From assembly GCA_051362555.1 (NCBI GenBank), contig CM120641.1:3968001-4032000 (forward strand): a DNA stretch of 64,000 bases, read 5' to 3'. Every line of letters starts with the position of its first letter. Positions within the stretch are counted from its first letter, which is position 1. The stretch is from Lingula anatina (lineage: Eukaryota; Animalia; Brachiopoda). Made by a program: the position numbers and the translations under genes. The notes under the pieces are model-generated. The model had not been told where the DNA came from. It worked only from the letters and a program-made list of their open reading frames with translations, and made no database searches. Shown piece after piece: positions 1-11,456 of the stretch.

Positions 1-563
1 CGCCCATAGTTGGTGTCTTCAATGGTTATTACGACTTGAAGCTATTGATTGCCCCCCAAAATGAACCGAACGTTTCTAAGAATTATACCGACTGGACTGA
101 CTGTAAGTCAATTGGGTACGATATATTTTCAATTAAATTTTACTATTCCAAGCAGAATTTATGGGAATTTTTTAAACAGAAGATAACATGTACTGCCATG
201 ACAGTTGATGTGAACGACACGAGTGGCAAAACCTTTGCAAGAGCAGCATATGTCTATAATATCCCAGTGGCTTTAAAAAGAAAAATCAACAGTTATATTG
301 AGGGCATTCCTTTATTTGAATATTTGCAAGACGCGGTTGCCGAGTACCTACAACAGAATGGTATTGTTAGCCATAATGCGGTTGATTACAAAGTAAGCCT
401 CATCCGGGAAGAGCCGAAACTTTGTGAAGACGTAGAACGTGAGACAAGGGTTAATACGGTGCCGACACATTCCCATGGGACTAACCAGCATGTCCCTCAT
501 TTTTTTGTATTTCTATGCTCCTACACTGTTATGTTTTCGATAGGCCTACTCAACGAGTTTTGA
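1..563 (+). CDS. Copy 0: last coding exon (5'-truncated by window edge) of the SMB-like/Cys-rich putative GPI-anchored protein family
   Basis: The frame starting at nt 3 reads PIVGVFNGYYDLKLLIAPQN..., homologous to exon 3 of copies A-E. It ends in a hydrophobic tail and TGA at 561-563. Confidence 0.8.
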   Translation, partial: PIVGVFNGYYDLKLLIAPQNEPNVSKNYTDWTDCKSIGYDIFSIKFYYSKQNLWEFFKQKITCTAMTVDVNDTSGKTFARAAYVYNIPVALKRKINSYIEGIPLFEYLQDAVAEYLQQNGIVSHNAVDYKVSLIREEPKLCEDVERETRVNTVPTHSHGTNQHVPHFFVFLCSYTVMFSIGLLNEF

Positions 564-925
564 ATCAAACTCTTATATAACCGTCGAAAATGTAAATCCA
601 AAAGTGTAATAATAGACAGTAGTTCTCAAATGGTAGCAGCACAAATATGTACAACAAGAAGTATCCAGCAATACTTAAACAGTCCATGGCTAAGCAGACG
701 TAAGTCAAACAGTAGCAGGCAGCAACAGTAAGTTATGACAGAGAGAGCTCTAATATACGCTTAGTCGTTTACATCATCAGACATCATCAGGGTATGGACG
801 CTTCTAGAAGTTTCTACTGATATCCATGATCTAAAAGATTCTAGAAACATATTGAATACAATTGGTTAATTAAAGTTTTAGCATACCAAATTCTAGAAAG
901 TTCTTGAAAATTGTTTTGAACAACG
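522..925. mobile_element. ~400-bp insertion into the last exon of copy 0, ending in a TIR-like TTGTTTTGAACAACGGGCCC
   Basis: Paralog homology stops at ...ATGCTCC (521) and resumes at GCCCTGA...TACTTTCTGCTATCTAAATGA (~926-960). There are repeated TTCTAGAA motifs inside. Confidence 0.55.
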
Positions 926-1637
926 GGCCCTGACGCAAATACTTTCTGCTATCTAAATGAAAAGTTGTTCCCTAAAGCGCTCACAGAAACCAAGTCATTT
1001 TCTTAGTGAGATACATGTATTTTTAGTTCTAATTGATAGAAGTACACTTTGATTGAAGTACACTAAAACGAAAATTATTTGAGCTTTTGTGATAAGCAGT
1101 ATTAACCATTTAGTGAAGTGTTGTTTAGGTGATCAGAATTGCAGTTCACACACTAAGGCCCAAACAAAATGGCAAGCAATGGTGAATCGTCTTGAAATTT
1201 CATGAGACATTTGATTTGAAAAAATAAATGAAGCAACACGAAAAGATATATGCTGTATGATTCGCTTCTGTGGAAGGTTTGAGCTTAGAAATTACTAAAA
1301 TTAATTTTACCACTTATAAAGTTCTGTGCCTCTGATTGGGCGATATACAAGAGTGTGATTAGCCAGGTGCAGTCGAGGTAAATAGACTCTTGAATGTCGC
1401 ATATTGTAGATGACGAGTTGTTGTAACTGATTTATACCACGACTGACCACCCGAAATAATAACTAAATTTTAATAATGAAAGTTGCGTTGTCAAAATTTT
1501 TGATAAGTACTTTTTTTTATTCCTTCAGAAAGGGAAGTTTGGCGTAGTCAAATTTGCTTGTTGCATTTTTTAAGATGGAGGGTCCAAAGCTGCATCTCCG
1601 ACCGTGGTCAGACACCTTGTAGCCTTGCCCAATCAAG

Positions 1638-1639
<2 letters not shown>

Positions 1640-1677
<38 letters not shown>
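1640..1677. repeat. (ATT)n microsatellite
   Basis: Direct reading. Confidence 0.95.
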
Positions 1678-4019
1678 TAATTTCTTTTCCGTTTTTTGTT
1701 CGCGTCACAGTGTTTATACAAGTGAGCGCTACTACTCCGCTTCACTCTGCTTTCATGCATACATCTGTAGTTCTCTGTAGCGAATAATATTGTCATCACA
1801 ACTTTATGCTGGTTTTCAATTTTTGATCGTGTTACAATTTTTTGGATTTGGTTGTTACCTTTTGTTGGATTTTTGGTAAAATTTTCGTCTGATTGGCCTT
1901 ACCAGAAGCGGACCTCTAACTTCTGCAGCAACCCTACAAACTGAAATGTGTGCACTTTCGTTTGGAAATTATATTTTGAGTGTAGATATTTCAGGCGTAC
2001 ACATTACGTTAATATCATTTATCAAAACTATTCAATGTTTATCACTAATCCACTTCATTTTCGTTTTATTAGAGGGACCTTCAATAAATGCGGCCGTCAT
2101 AGGCCAGATTTCGAACTTCATGCTCGAGTTTGTTTTATTTTTTAATAGGCACTTCTTATTATTTAAGTCGGTTACAATCAAGGAAACACAAAAAGAGGTT
2201 TTATAGCCCGTGACCAGCAATTTCCAAAAGGGGTGTCTGTTTCTGAAAAAGTGTACGAAGATCAATTTTTACCCGGGTTGGACTTTTCCTGGCAAAAAAT
2301 GACGGTTTGTTCGAACTCAAAAATTCCCTCCAGGGACATTTTCCTGTGAATTTTACTGCTTCAAGAGGACATTTAGCATGGCCACACTAGCCAACAAGAT
2401 GGTGCACCGGTAATTTAATTCAACGAGTGGAAAAGAGGAAAAAGACACATCACAATGTTACAAAAATCCTATCCGTGAAAAACTGAATAAAGCCGTTTTA
2501 AAAGTTTATTTGAGATTAGAGATCTACAGCCAAAGGTAATTTGTGGCTTGATTTATTTGTTACTTGATAAAGTTGGTGCTGTCTTTTCCTAATGATTTTA
2601 TCATAATGGGTTCACATTGATTGGAGATGATTTCAGCTGTACAGTACATGTGCATTCTTTGTACCTTGCAAAGCTTCTGAACTGGATATGTGAATCCCGC
2701 AAACACACGCACATTAATTACTTTGGCGAAGTTATGTTAGCAAAATTATTACACCATAATTAGTGTGTAGACAAAAAACACTGTAACGTTGGTTTCAAGT
2801 TAATGTTTTGTTGAAGAATGATTTTGGTTATGTACAGTTGTACTAAACACTACAAGACGCATTAAAGATCTTACTGGTTTTAACCCGGTGAAGTAAATCC
2901 CTTTCCAGAATCCTACCTCAAGTTTCTACGTTAGCGTGCATCGAAAAGACATGACCAGAATGACATGTTAACACCTGTTGTTCATCTCAACCTCCGTCAC
3001 CTGCCTTTGCATCCAGTTTAAGGCTTCATTCACATGCAATGTCTAAATATCCCGCAATAGTTCTGCTATGTGATATATGGCGGTGCAAACAAAATTCTCA
3101 GTTATTCAAAACTACTTGGTTAGTTACTTTAGACCAGGAAAGGTAACATAAGGAGCACTGTCGGCCTCAAATCAGTTTGTGTAATATTTTTAATATTTAA
3201 TAATTTATTATTTAATAAAATCCATTAGTCGGGCATGATTTTTTATTACAAATGTGCGATTACAAATTAACTGCTATCTATAATTAAAAAAATGGATTTA
3301 ATATAATCGCAAATAAATTAATGCGTACAGTTACAAAGAACTGCAGATAAACAACACTAAAAGAGAAATTAGTCACATATACATATAATTGATTTCTATG
3401 TTAAATTATCTTAATGGACCTAATTTAAACAACACTAAATGAAAAAAAAACAGAAATGTATTCAAATGAGGTCCTTGGCTTCGGCCTGCGCTGGGTCCTT
3501 TACTAGTTTGAATGAAATGTCTTATCGCATAACACTTCTCAGTATTGAAATTAACGGAATCACAGAAACGTCTCGATCCAAAATGCGCTTTGGCAGTTTT
3601 TTCAGCTCTAAGCCTCCACCTCTTGGTCCTAGGGGGTCCATCTCCGGAGGGTCAAAGTTTTCGCCTGCTGGCACAGGTGAAACAAGCGTAGTGGACGTAG
3701 AAAAGTGCGCAGGCCGTCATTTCTTTCTTTTCGCAAGGCACTTCTTAGTATTGAAATTAAGGATAATACAGAAAGGTCTTGATCTAAAATAAAATCTGCC
3801 AGCTTGTTTTACACAGATAGAGTTCTACATTTTATAAGCTTTGTGGTGTGCCTTTTCCTGTTTCACCACGTTGAATCACGCGATCCAACAGCAGGGTAAG
3901 GTTTAACGAAAACATCAAATTTCTTTTTCTATACATTGTCAACCGAAGTTCCTTTTCATTTTGCCAATTGCGTCAGCATTATATTTTTAAAGAGAAAATT
4001 GCAAAATTGGTTTCTCAAA

Positions 4020-4020
<1 letters not shown>

Positions 4021-4069
<49 letters not shown>
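4021..4069. repeat. (ATT)n microsatellite
   Basis: Direct reading. Confidence 0.95.
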
Positions 4070-4071
<2 letters not shown>

Positions 4072-4689
4072 TTCTTCCCCTTAACAAAATATTCTCACAA
4101 AAAAATGGCATGCATAGCAACTAGGGCATGGGCTACAATCCAGTTTAGTAAGGTTTAATGCTTTGGTTATGAAAGTATGGGCCCCTTAATTGATATTTTT
4201 GTGCCTTATCAAGGATAATTAATCTTTCAAGAATAGTCGCTGAGATGGGTTTACTGTACTCAGTTGCATCATTGATAATAACATTCCATAATCGTCTCAC
4301 GTTTTAAAAGTAAAACCTATCGTACATATGAGCGACTTGAAAGTATATTTGCATTTTTTTCTCTCAAAATGCAATTATGTCGTCAGTGGTAAAATGACAT
4401 GCGTGAATGCAAAAAAAAATTTTTTTGAAAACGGCGTATCACCTGCGATCAGAAACATGTACAAGCAGAAATGTTATATTTTTGATGCCCTATAACAGCT
4501 GATGCCTTGCGTGATTCGACATCAGGCGAAACAGGCAAAGGCACACCACAAAAGTGATAAAAGTGAAACTCTATGCGTGTAAAACAAGCTGCCAGATGTT
4601 GAAGCGTATTTTGCGGCAAGACCTATCACGCATTTGTGTTATCGTATATTGTAATACTGAGAATTGCCTAGCGATGACACATTCCGTTC

Positions 4690-4960
4690 AAACTAGGATA
4701 GAACCCAGAGAGCGAAGTAGTCGTAGTTGAGAGGACATGCATTGAACAAGGTGAAAGTCACTGGCTCTACCTGTATCTCACAATGGAGAAGAAATTTGGT
4801 TCCAGATGGTGATCCCAATAGTTAGCCCATTTATCCCCTATCCAGAAGTTTTCATCAAAACCCATCGATATCTTTATGGATTAGGCTGGCAACACATCAA
4901 CAAAAAATAAACAGACAGAAAAACGGAGGTTAAAACACATAACTTCCTTAGTGCCGGTAA
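4690..4960 (-). mobile_element. Decayed non-autonomous Helentron (HINE/DINE-like) element
   Basis: Starts AACTAGGA and ends ACAGACAGA...AAACACATAACTTCCTTAGTGCCGGTAA, resembling the CATAACCTCCTTGGCGGAGGTAA terminus; related to 36592-37013. Confidence 0.4.
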
Positions 4961-7499
4961 GAAGATGTTTTAATGACTGTGTAACTTGACAGAGAGTCCC
5001 TCATAATAGTGTCCGCTTCCCATTCATTTGTACAGGTGAGCCTTGTCCTAGATTTCGACCCACTTAGGTCATACTAACCCTAACCATTATAACTATGTGG
5101 AGAGCGGACTTTCTGTTACACGGACCTCAGTTTCGTTACAACGGAACAATTGACACACGCAGTTGATCAGAATGATAAAAACAGAGACATCAATTCCGAA
5201 ATGATCTTCATAAGAACTGTTCTTACTGGAGAGATTATATCCTTGTAGTGTGTGCGAAGTATGTAAAGATCCTCGCCTGCATTCTCACACTTACCCCCGT
5301 ACATATTTACGGATAGTTAACTGATCAATTTTCAGCTTCGGACTTGTAAATATTGGGGCACGGTCTTTATAAAACAAAAACACAATGAAAAAAATCTGGC
5401 TTACATAAAAAGGGTTTTTGTAGCTTTAAGAACAATTTTAGACATTCAAACTGTTCCTGTTCTGTAATTATTTAACTGAAGACTGGACAGGAACCTTCAG
5501 GTTTAGACTTCCATTTCTTTTTAATTCATTCCTACTGACTAGTACGACATAATCTACTGGTATCATCCCACTGTACCTTTTAATACTACCATATAACCCG
5601 CCTGAAACACACAGAAAACTACCAACACATAACTTCATAATATAGAGCTATTTCAAAACAGACTCGGTGATTGTGCTAGCTGAGAAAATAAAGGTTGAGA
5701 CTGATTGCAATGTGACTGGATGTGACTTGTGTCAGCTGTGCTGCTCGTGAAGTAACGTATCATGTTTCATAAAATTTTGCATATTACTAAGTAAAGTCAG
5801 TTTAAATTCAATGCAAATCTTACTACCTTTGTGAGATAAATATTGAGTCTGCATACATGTACCAAACAGTTTTCATTGGAAATCTGATTTACTTTCAGAG
5901 CCAACGCAAACCTGTTTTTTTTTTCGAATTTTCATATATGCCCAACTATGGCATCTGAAGTTTACCGAAGTTTAATTTGGGTTAATATTGGAAATAAACG
6001 AATGTTAGATGGGTTTATAATCGATGTCATAAAGTTCAGTGACCACAGCGGTACCGGGACCTGGTCAACCCTCACTGGAATCAAGTTGGTTTTCCTGGAA
6101 AAGATGTAGACGTGAAAGGTAGGCCCTATTTCTCATATCAGGGTATGAGGTTCCGTAGACATGTTTCAGAATGCCTCTTGGAAGGATACTGAGTATGTGC
6201 AGGTACATGTAGTATTGCAATTGGTGTCGGATCAGTCCGCGTTTGGAAATCACTCGAGGCCCAAGTTTTAATAAATTGTTCCTTCTGGAACGTTACTGGG
6301 GCATTATACTGTATACAGGTATCATATTCGTGTTAGAATAAGTCCCTTAAATTTGAATATGCAAAGGTTCGCGAGAATATTGCATGGTGGCAGCCTTCAG
6401 AGGTGATCGTTTAACAGACTGTCATTATTATACCAGCGAGTTGAAACTTGTCACACGTGTGAGATCTCCCAGGAACAGTCACATCTGTCACAGTGTATGT
6501 CACATACCAAAACTATTACATGTCCCTACCACCGTCACATGCTGACATGTATGAATTTGCGCCAGCGCCAGCGAGAGGTGTTCATGGCATATATCGCGAG
6601 AGGGTGACAGTGTATTATTTGACATACATACAAAGGAAAAAATACAGTCGTTTCATCCTAAAACACCCCTTAAACCGAATAAAGTGACCCTATATCACGC
6701 TAGAGAAGATATATGGAATAATCTCGTCTACGTGCGCTGGTCACCTCCCGCCAAATCCTTACGTAATGTCTGATCAATTTGGTCAATTTTTGCTAAATAC
6801 TTGTCGTAGAAGTTCAACTCGCTTGAACAGTATTTAATCAACCGTCGACACTGACCATGCGCGTCTCAGCTGAGCCACACCAAGATGGGACTGCTGCGGA
6901 AAAAAGGTCCCAAGGCAAATCCACTTCTTTTAGTGACATTTCTGATAAGCAAGGAGCGTCGGACAGGAATATAGTCAAATTAATTTTCTCAAGTGCAAAG
7001 TAAAAAGAAATCTACGTTTTTGTGATATTTCTGACAACGAGGCAGTTACGGAATATAGTCAAAGTGAGACGGAAGTCCACAGGAGTAATAATTCTACGTT
7101 TTGGTGACATTTTACTACACTGTACGAGGCGGTTTCGGAATATACATGTGCTGGTTTTCAGAGCATTCATGTGCTACATGCAATAACAAATTTATAGGGG
7201 AATAGATTTGATTTTTGCCGATATTTCTGATAAAGAAAAGGAGTGAACAGCTTAAAAACAAAAGGTAAATAACACAACCGTCGTTAAAGAGTTATAGATT
7301 GAAAAAGAAATGTGTATGCACTTGTGGCTGAAATGTTTTCAAACCATAACCATAATTATGATATGACTTAGTGTAATAAAATGATAAAGAATAATTATTG
7401 AAGGTGGAAAGTTTCTGAAAATTTTTAAGAGTGTGAGAGATTTTAAATTTGTCTAGGTATATAACGCAAGCAAAGTCGCTATTCGCTTGATGCCAAGAA

Positions 7500-7975
7500 G
7501 GTTAAATGTAAAGCTCTGTCTTCGGTTTTCGGCATTTTAGAGACCTCAACTGATTCAACCAAGATGTAGACGTGAAATTCTGGACTACATCGAGGTTAAA
7601 TCTGATGTTTTCGAGAGACGCTACTCAGACATGTCGAGTGAAGCGCAATATTTCTGGGTAGCGGCTCGAGGCTGCCCTCGATCTTCACTAAAGATTGGCT
7701 AAATGGACAGGCTTCAGTTATCAGCATATCGCCACGGTCACATAACATCCCTAGGTATGTATACATAAAACACAAGCGACTCAGTAATCGGGCCAGTGTT
7801 ATCTCGCCAGCGTCGCGTCACTTTAGCATCGAACATGGAATGTGCTGGACGACATCTTGCTTCCCGGTAGGACGTATATACTTTTCAAATAAGGAACTTT
7901 TTGGAGGTTGGGGCAAGGTAAAAAAAAAAACCTGAACGTTTTCTGTTGGCTGTGCCGCCTTCCTCAATAAAGCCT
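7500..7975 (+). pseudogene. Highly decayed relic of an exon-1 paralog (partly duplicated at ~40850-41070)
   Basis: TTTTCTGTTGGCTGTGCCGCCTTCCT (NVFCWLCRLP) matches the end of exon 1. Upstream RHFS and DDILLPGR align with RWFS and KNIFLQER; stops and frameshifts are present. Confidence 0.55.
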
Positions 7976-8699
7976 TAGTTTTTGTAAAGCATTATTGTCA
8001 ATGGATCACCAATGTAATGCACGTGACATTAATTCCTAAACTACTTTAGAAGTTTAGAAATTCTCTTGGAGATGCTACAGTTTACCTTTATATTATTATT
8101 TATATTCATATTATTATTTATATTATTCCCATCTCCTAGAATACCAGAATTTGAACTGTCTTTGTTTGCTATGTTCCTAGGAGCGCGTTTCTTCATTGTA
8201 ATATCGTTTATCTATTTCTCTGGTCTCCCCATACAAGTATAGGAAAATATAAGCCCTAATGCCCGTCACGAAGGTCGAGGAAATGCCCGTCATAATTATC
8301 ACAGAAGTTGACAGAAAACGAGCTTTGTTAAAAGGGATCACTGAAGTCGGAAATATAATCACGCAATATGCCTAATTTTACGAAACTAGATCTGATTAAA
8401 TGTTAACCATAGGTAAAGTTCACATAGGAATTACCTCACCTCAGCACCTTTCTATAAAGTGTAGGTTAGAGGCAACTGAGGTTAATTTTTTTGGGCGCAT
8501 TTAAGCATGAAAATCTTTCAGGGTTCGAGGCATTGGTTGATCATCAAGAATAGAGGTCTACAGGTAATGGGAAGAAATATGAGTGATGCATTTCCCGAAA
8601 AATGGCATTTGCCATGGCAATTAGCAACAATTTATCACCATCCAATAAAAAAACGTCGACTTTGTTCTGGCGAATATAAAATCTGTTGAAACAGGCTAC

Positions 8700-8720
8700 T
8701 ACTAACATAATGACTTGCAG
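8700..8720 (+). promoter_or_regulatory. Candidate branch point (TACTAAC) and TTGCAG acceptor for an upstream non-coding exon of copy A
   Basis: TACTAAC...TTGCAG lies 63 nt before the ATG. CTAAC...TTGCAG is conserved before B (15518) and E, and the TTGCAG before D. Confidence 0.4.
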
Positions 8721-8783
8721 TCTGTAGAAAACAAGTGTCTGTCTTGTTTATTGGCGCCATCGACTTAAAGACTGTCGATCAAT

Positions 8784-10056
8784 ATGTCTGCATTGTCTTT
8801 TTTTTTCCTTTTGGTATCGGGAGCAAACTGTTGTAGTCAACATCCCATACTGAATGTCCTTCAAAACAGCATATTTGCAGGTACAACAACTCCTTCCAAC
8901 AGATTTGTACAAAATCGGATGAGATACAGCCCGACTTTGTGGAGGCCAGCTGAAGGAATTGGTACAAAATACAGTTTATGGGAAAAAAGGTCGCTTAAAA
9001 AAACAACTCAAACTATAACAAAACGTTCCTTCTCCAGACCGCGTAGAAAGGCAAATGGAATCGGAATAACAACAGTCAACACTGCTGAATTCACGGAGAG
9101 AATGGATTTACTGCAAAACAACACAGAATCAAGTCCATTTCCAAGTTCCGAGTCGTTTCAAGCCACCCCTAACATCAGTTCCTTGGACGATTCCTCCGAA
9201 GTCAGGCCTTTTGCACATTTTTGGAATAGATCACAATTCCTGTTCCCTGCAAACAAAAACTTTTGTTTGAAATTGTTCGGCCGCATTTCATGGCAACACA
9301 TCACGTGTTACTGTGACTCATTTTGCGAAATATTTAATGATTGTTGCCTGCCATATCTGTCTTGCAATGAAATACCAACTGATCGTAATGTAACAGCGAT
9401 CAAACAATTAAATATAACAAGAAATCAAGTTGAATGCAGATCCCAGAGTACGAAACTTAACCAAGTAAATGTGTCAACAAGAAAGATCCGACGGATAGGG
9501 TTCAGTAATTTCTGGATGGTCTCATCTTGCTTGAGTAGAGCACGCTCAACTCTCCGCCGAAAATGCGAGTTTTCAGGGTTTACAACTGACCTTGACCTTC
9601 TCAGTCCAGTTTCAGATCCAGTATCAAAACTTACCTATAAAAACAAATACTGTGCTGCTTGTTACAATGCAGTTGACACTTCAGTATGGGAGACGATGTT
9701 TAAGTGCGGTCCTATTACTTCAAGCATTTACGAGATAGTTATCAACATAACTTCAATGAAAGATCTTCTTGCACGTATTGAGTTTCACGAAGCATGTTCA
9801 CTTTATTTCAAACCACCGAAAGCAATTCCAGGAAGACCATGCACTCTTAAAGGTATTGGCCATCATACCGGGATTCGTTGGTTTAGCACGTGTGGTCCGA
9901 AAAACATTTTCCTTCAAGAACGGTGCCAAAATGCCCCATTTACAATGATGCAGTATGTTCAAGATTTTGGAGGCTTAATATACAGCAGAAATGTTTTCTG
10001 TTGGCTGTGCCGCCTTCCTGCCATACCGAACACTTTTACAGATTGCACAAGTTTCG
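8784..10056 (+). CDS. Copy A coding exon 1 (signal peptide, RPRR furin-type site, S/T-rich linker, SMB-like cluster, Cys modules); gene join(8784..10056,10307..10404,12054..12656), ~657 aa
   Basis: 429-aa ORF. The donor G|GTGGGT at 10056/10057 sits at the same position as in all paralogs (GTAGGT in copy C), and phase 1 joins exon 2 in frame. Confidence 0.85.
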
Positions 10057-10306
10057 GTGGGTCATTCACTTAATGTGATATTCTTCACGTTATGATGTTT
10101 GCTATGTATGTGCATTTTGAATTGGTCTTCGGCTCATCACATGTCCCTTTTTTAACAGTTTTAATTACCCTTATGATAAAATATAACCTGGTAAATGCAG
10201 AACAAAATGCTTTCAATATCTGTTAAGGTTTTTTAGATTATCTTCAATTAGCATAACATATATTTGCATTTACCAGTAAGGAAATATATTTTAATCAAAC
10301 TTTCAG

Positions 10307-10404
10307 TTTACCCGACAAAAGATCGTGGATTTGACCCTCTCGAATTGGGAGTACTAATTGATGTGTCGCACGAAAAGGACTGGTGTAAGCCACAAACAGA
10401 CACA
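10307..10404 (+). CDS. Copy A coding exon 2 (98 bp; VYPTKDRGFDPLELGVLIDVSHEKDWCKPQTDT)
   Basis: TTTCAG acceptor and GTAAGT donor. The 98-bp length is conserved in all five copies and the exon is open in the required phase. It is absent from the ORF track. Confidence 0.85.
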
Positions 10405-11456
10405 GTAAGTAACTAACCATAACAAGTGTTGTTAAACGTTCCTGTCTTTTCTTACGTCATGCTATAGCCATATATTAAATTCAAACTGTGATTCTGTGTT
10501 ATTTATAGTTAGTTTGCTTTTTCAAAGGATTGTCTACGTGATACTTCTCCTTTAGCATTTTATTAAACCATCTCCCTTCAGTTTTTAATTTAACAAACAC
10601 TTTACCTACCAATAATTGAAGTTAAATAGCATTAATATATATATATATATATTTGATGCTGAGTACTTTTGGTGTGCTGGGTATAGCTCACCAGACTATA
10701 TTCCCATTGTAAATATATGATCAGCAGATTTCGATATGTTGAGGGCGGCCCATTTCATGGAAAGGGTTAAGTAGGAATGAAAAATTATTCAATGTAATTC
10801 ATTTCAATAAGGTAGACTTCAAGTACAACAGTGTTCTGGTTAAAAGGAACATCTTTATAACGTTTTACATACATTTTATTTTGGCCAAACATGGTCAAAA
10901 TACTGCTATGATGTATTCCATTAGTTAACATGAAAGGAAGGACACCTCTTCGTATGAGATTTAAAATTTCCGCAAGTAAACAACACATAAAAATGTAATA
11001 ATTGCATTTTACCACCAAAATGGAGGTTAATCGTAATATCTGGATGTCGCAAAACAGATCTAGAGGACTGTTATTGATTGCTACCCCGTAACAATCTCTT
11101 GAGAGATTTTTCCTAAACACATACATGTTTATATCAATTACCTTTGAATGTCGGAACAGATTCATTAATAATCGGTAGTATTGTCGATAATCCCAGAAAA
11201 ATTCGCTTTATGACACTTTTTCCACCAAAATAAAAAGTATTCGTCCCTTTAATAAAATTATTCTAAAACATAACCATGATCCCTACGTTTTAAAAAAATT
11301 CTAATAAGCTAATAATAATCATTATTATAATGACCAAAAATGTTCATTAGCTTGTGAGTTGGATCATAAATGAAAATTATCAAACACAAGCCGAAATATT
11401 TTCGTACCGTTAGCTTACGGCTAACCTGGGCGAAGGCCTTCATCATACTGATGTGA

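Noticed and set aside
3439-3792. 117-aa ORF
   Set aside because: It lies in repeated spacer sequence, has no recognisable motif and no splice support.
6436-6826. Inverted 11-mer AGCGAGTTGAA / TTCAACTCGCT as MITE ends
   Set aside because: The left arm overlaps sequence already present at paralogous sites and no TSD is evident.
8784-10073. Treating exon-1 and exon-3 ORFs as two separate alternating genes
   Set aside because: Conserved donors and acceptors plus the 98-bp middle exon join them in frame in all five copies.
10071-10076. Stop-codon read-through or recoding at TAA aligned with TGT (Cys) in copy C
   Set aside because: The position lies inside intron 1, 15 nt past the conserved donor.
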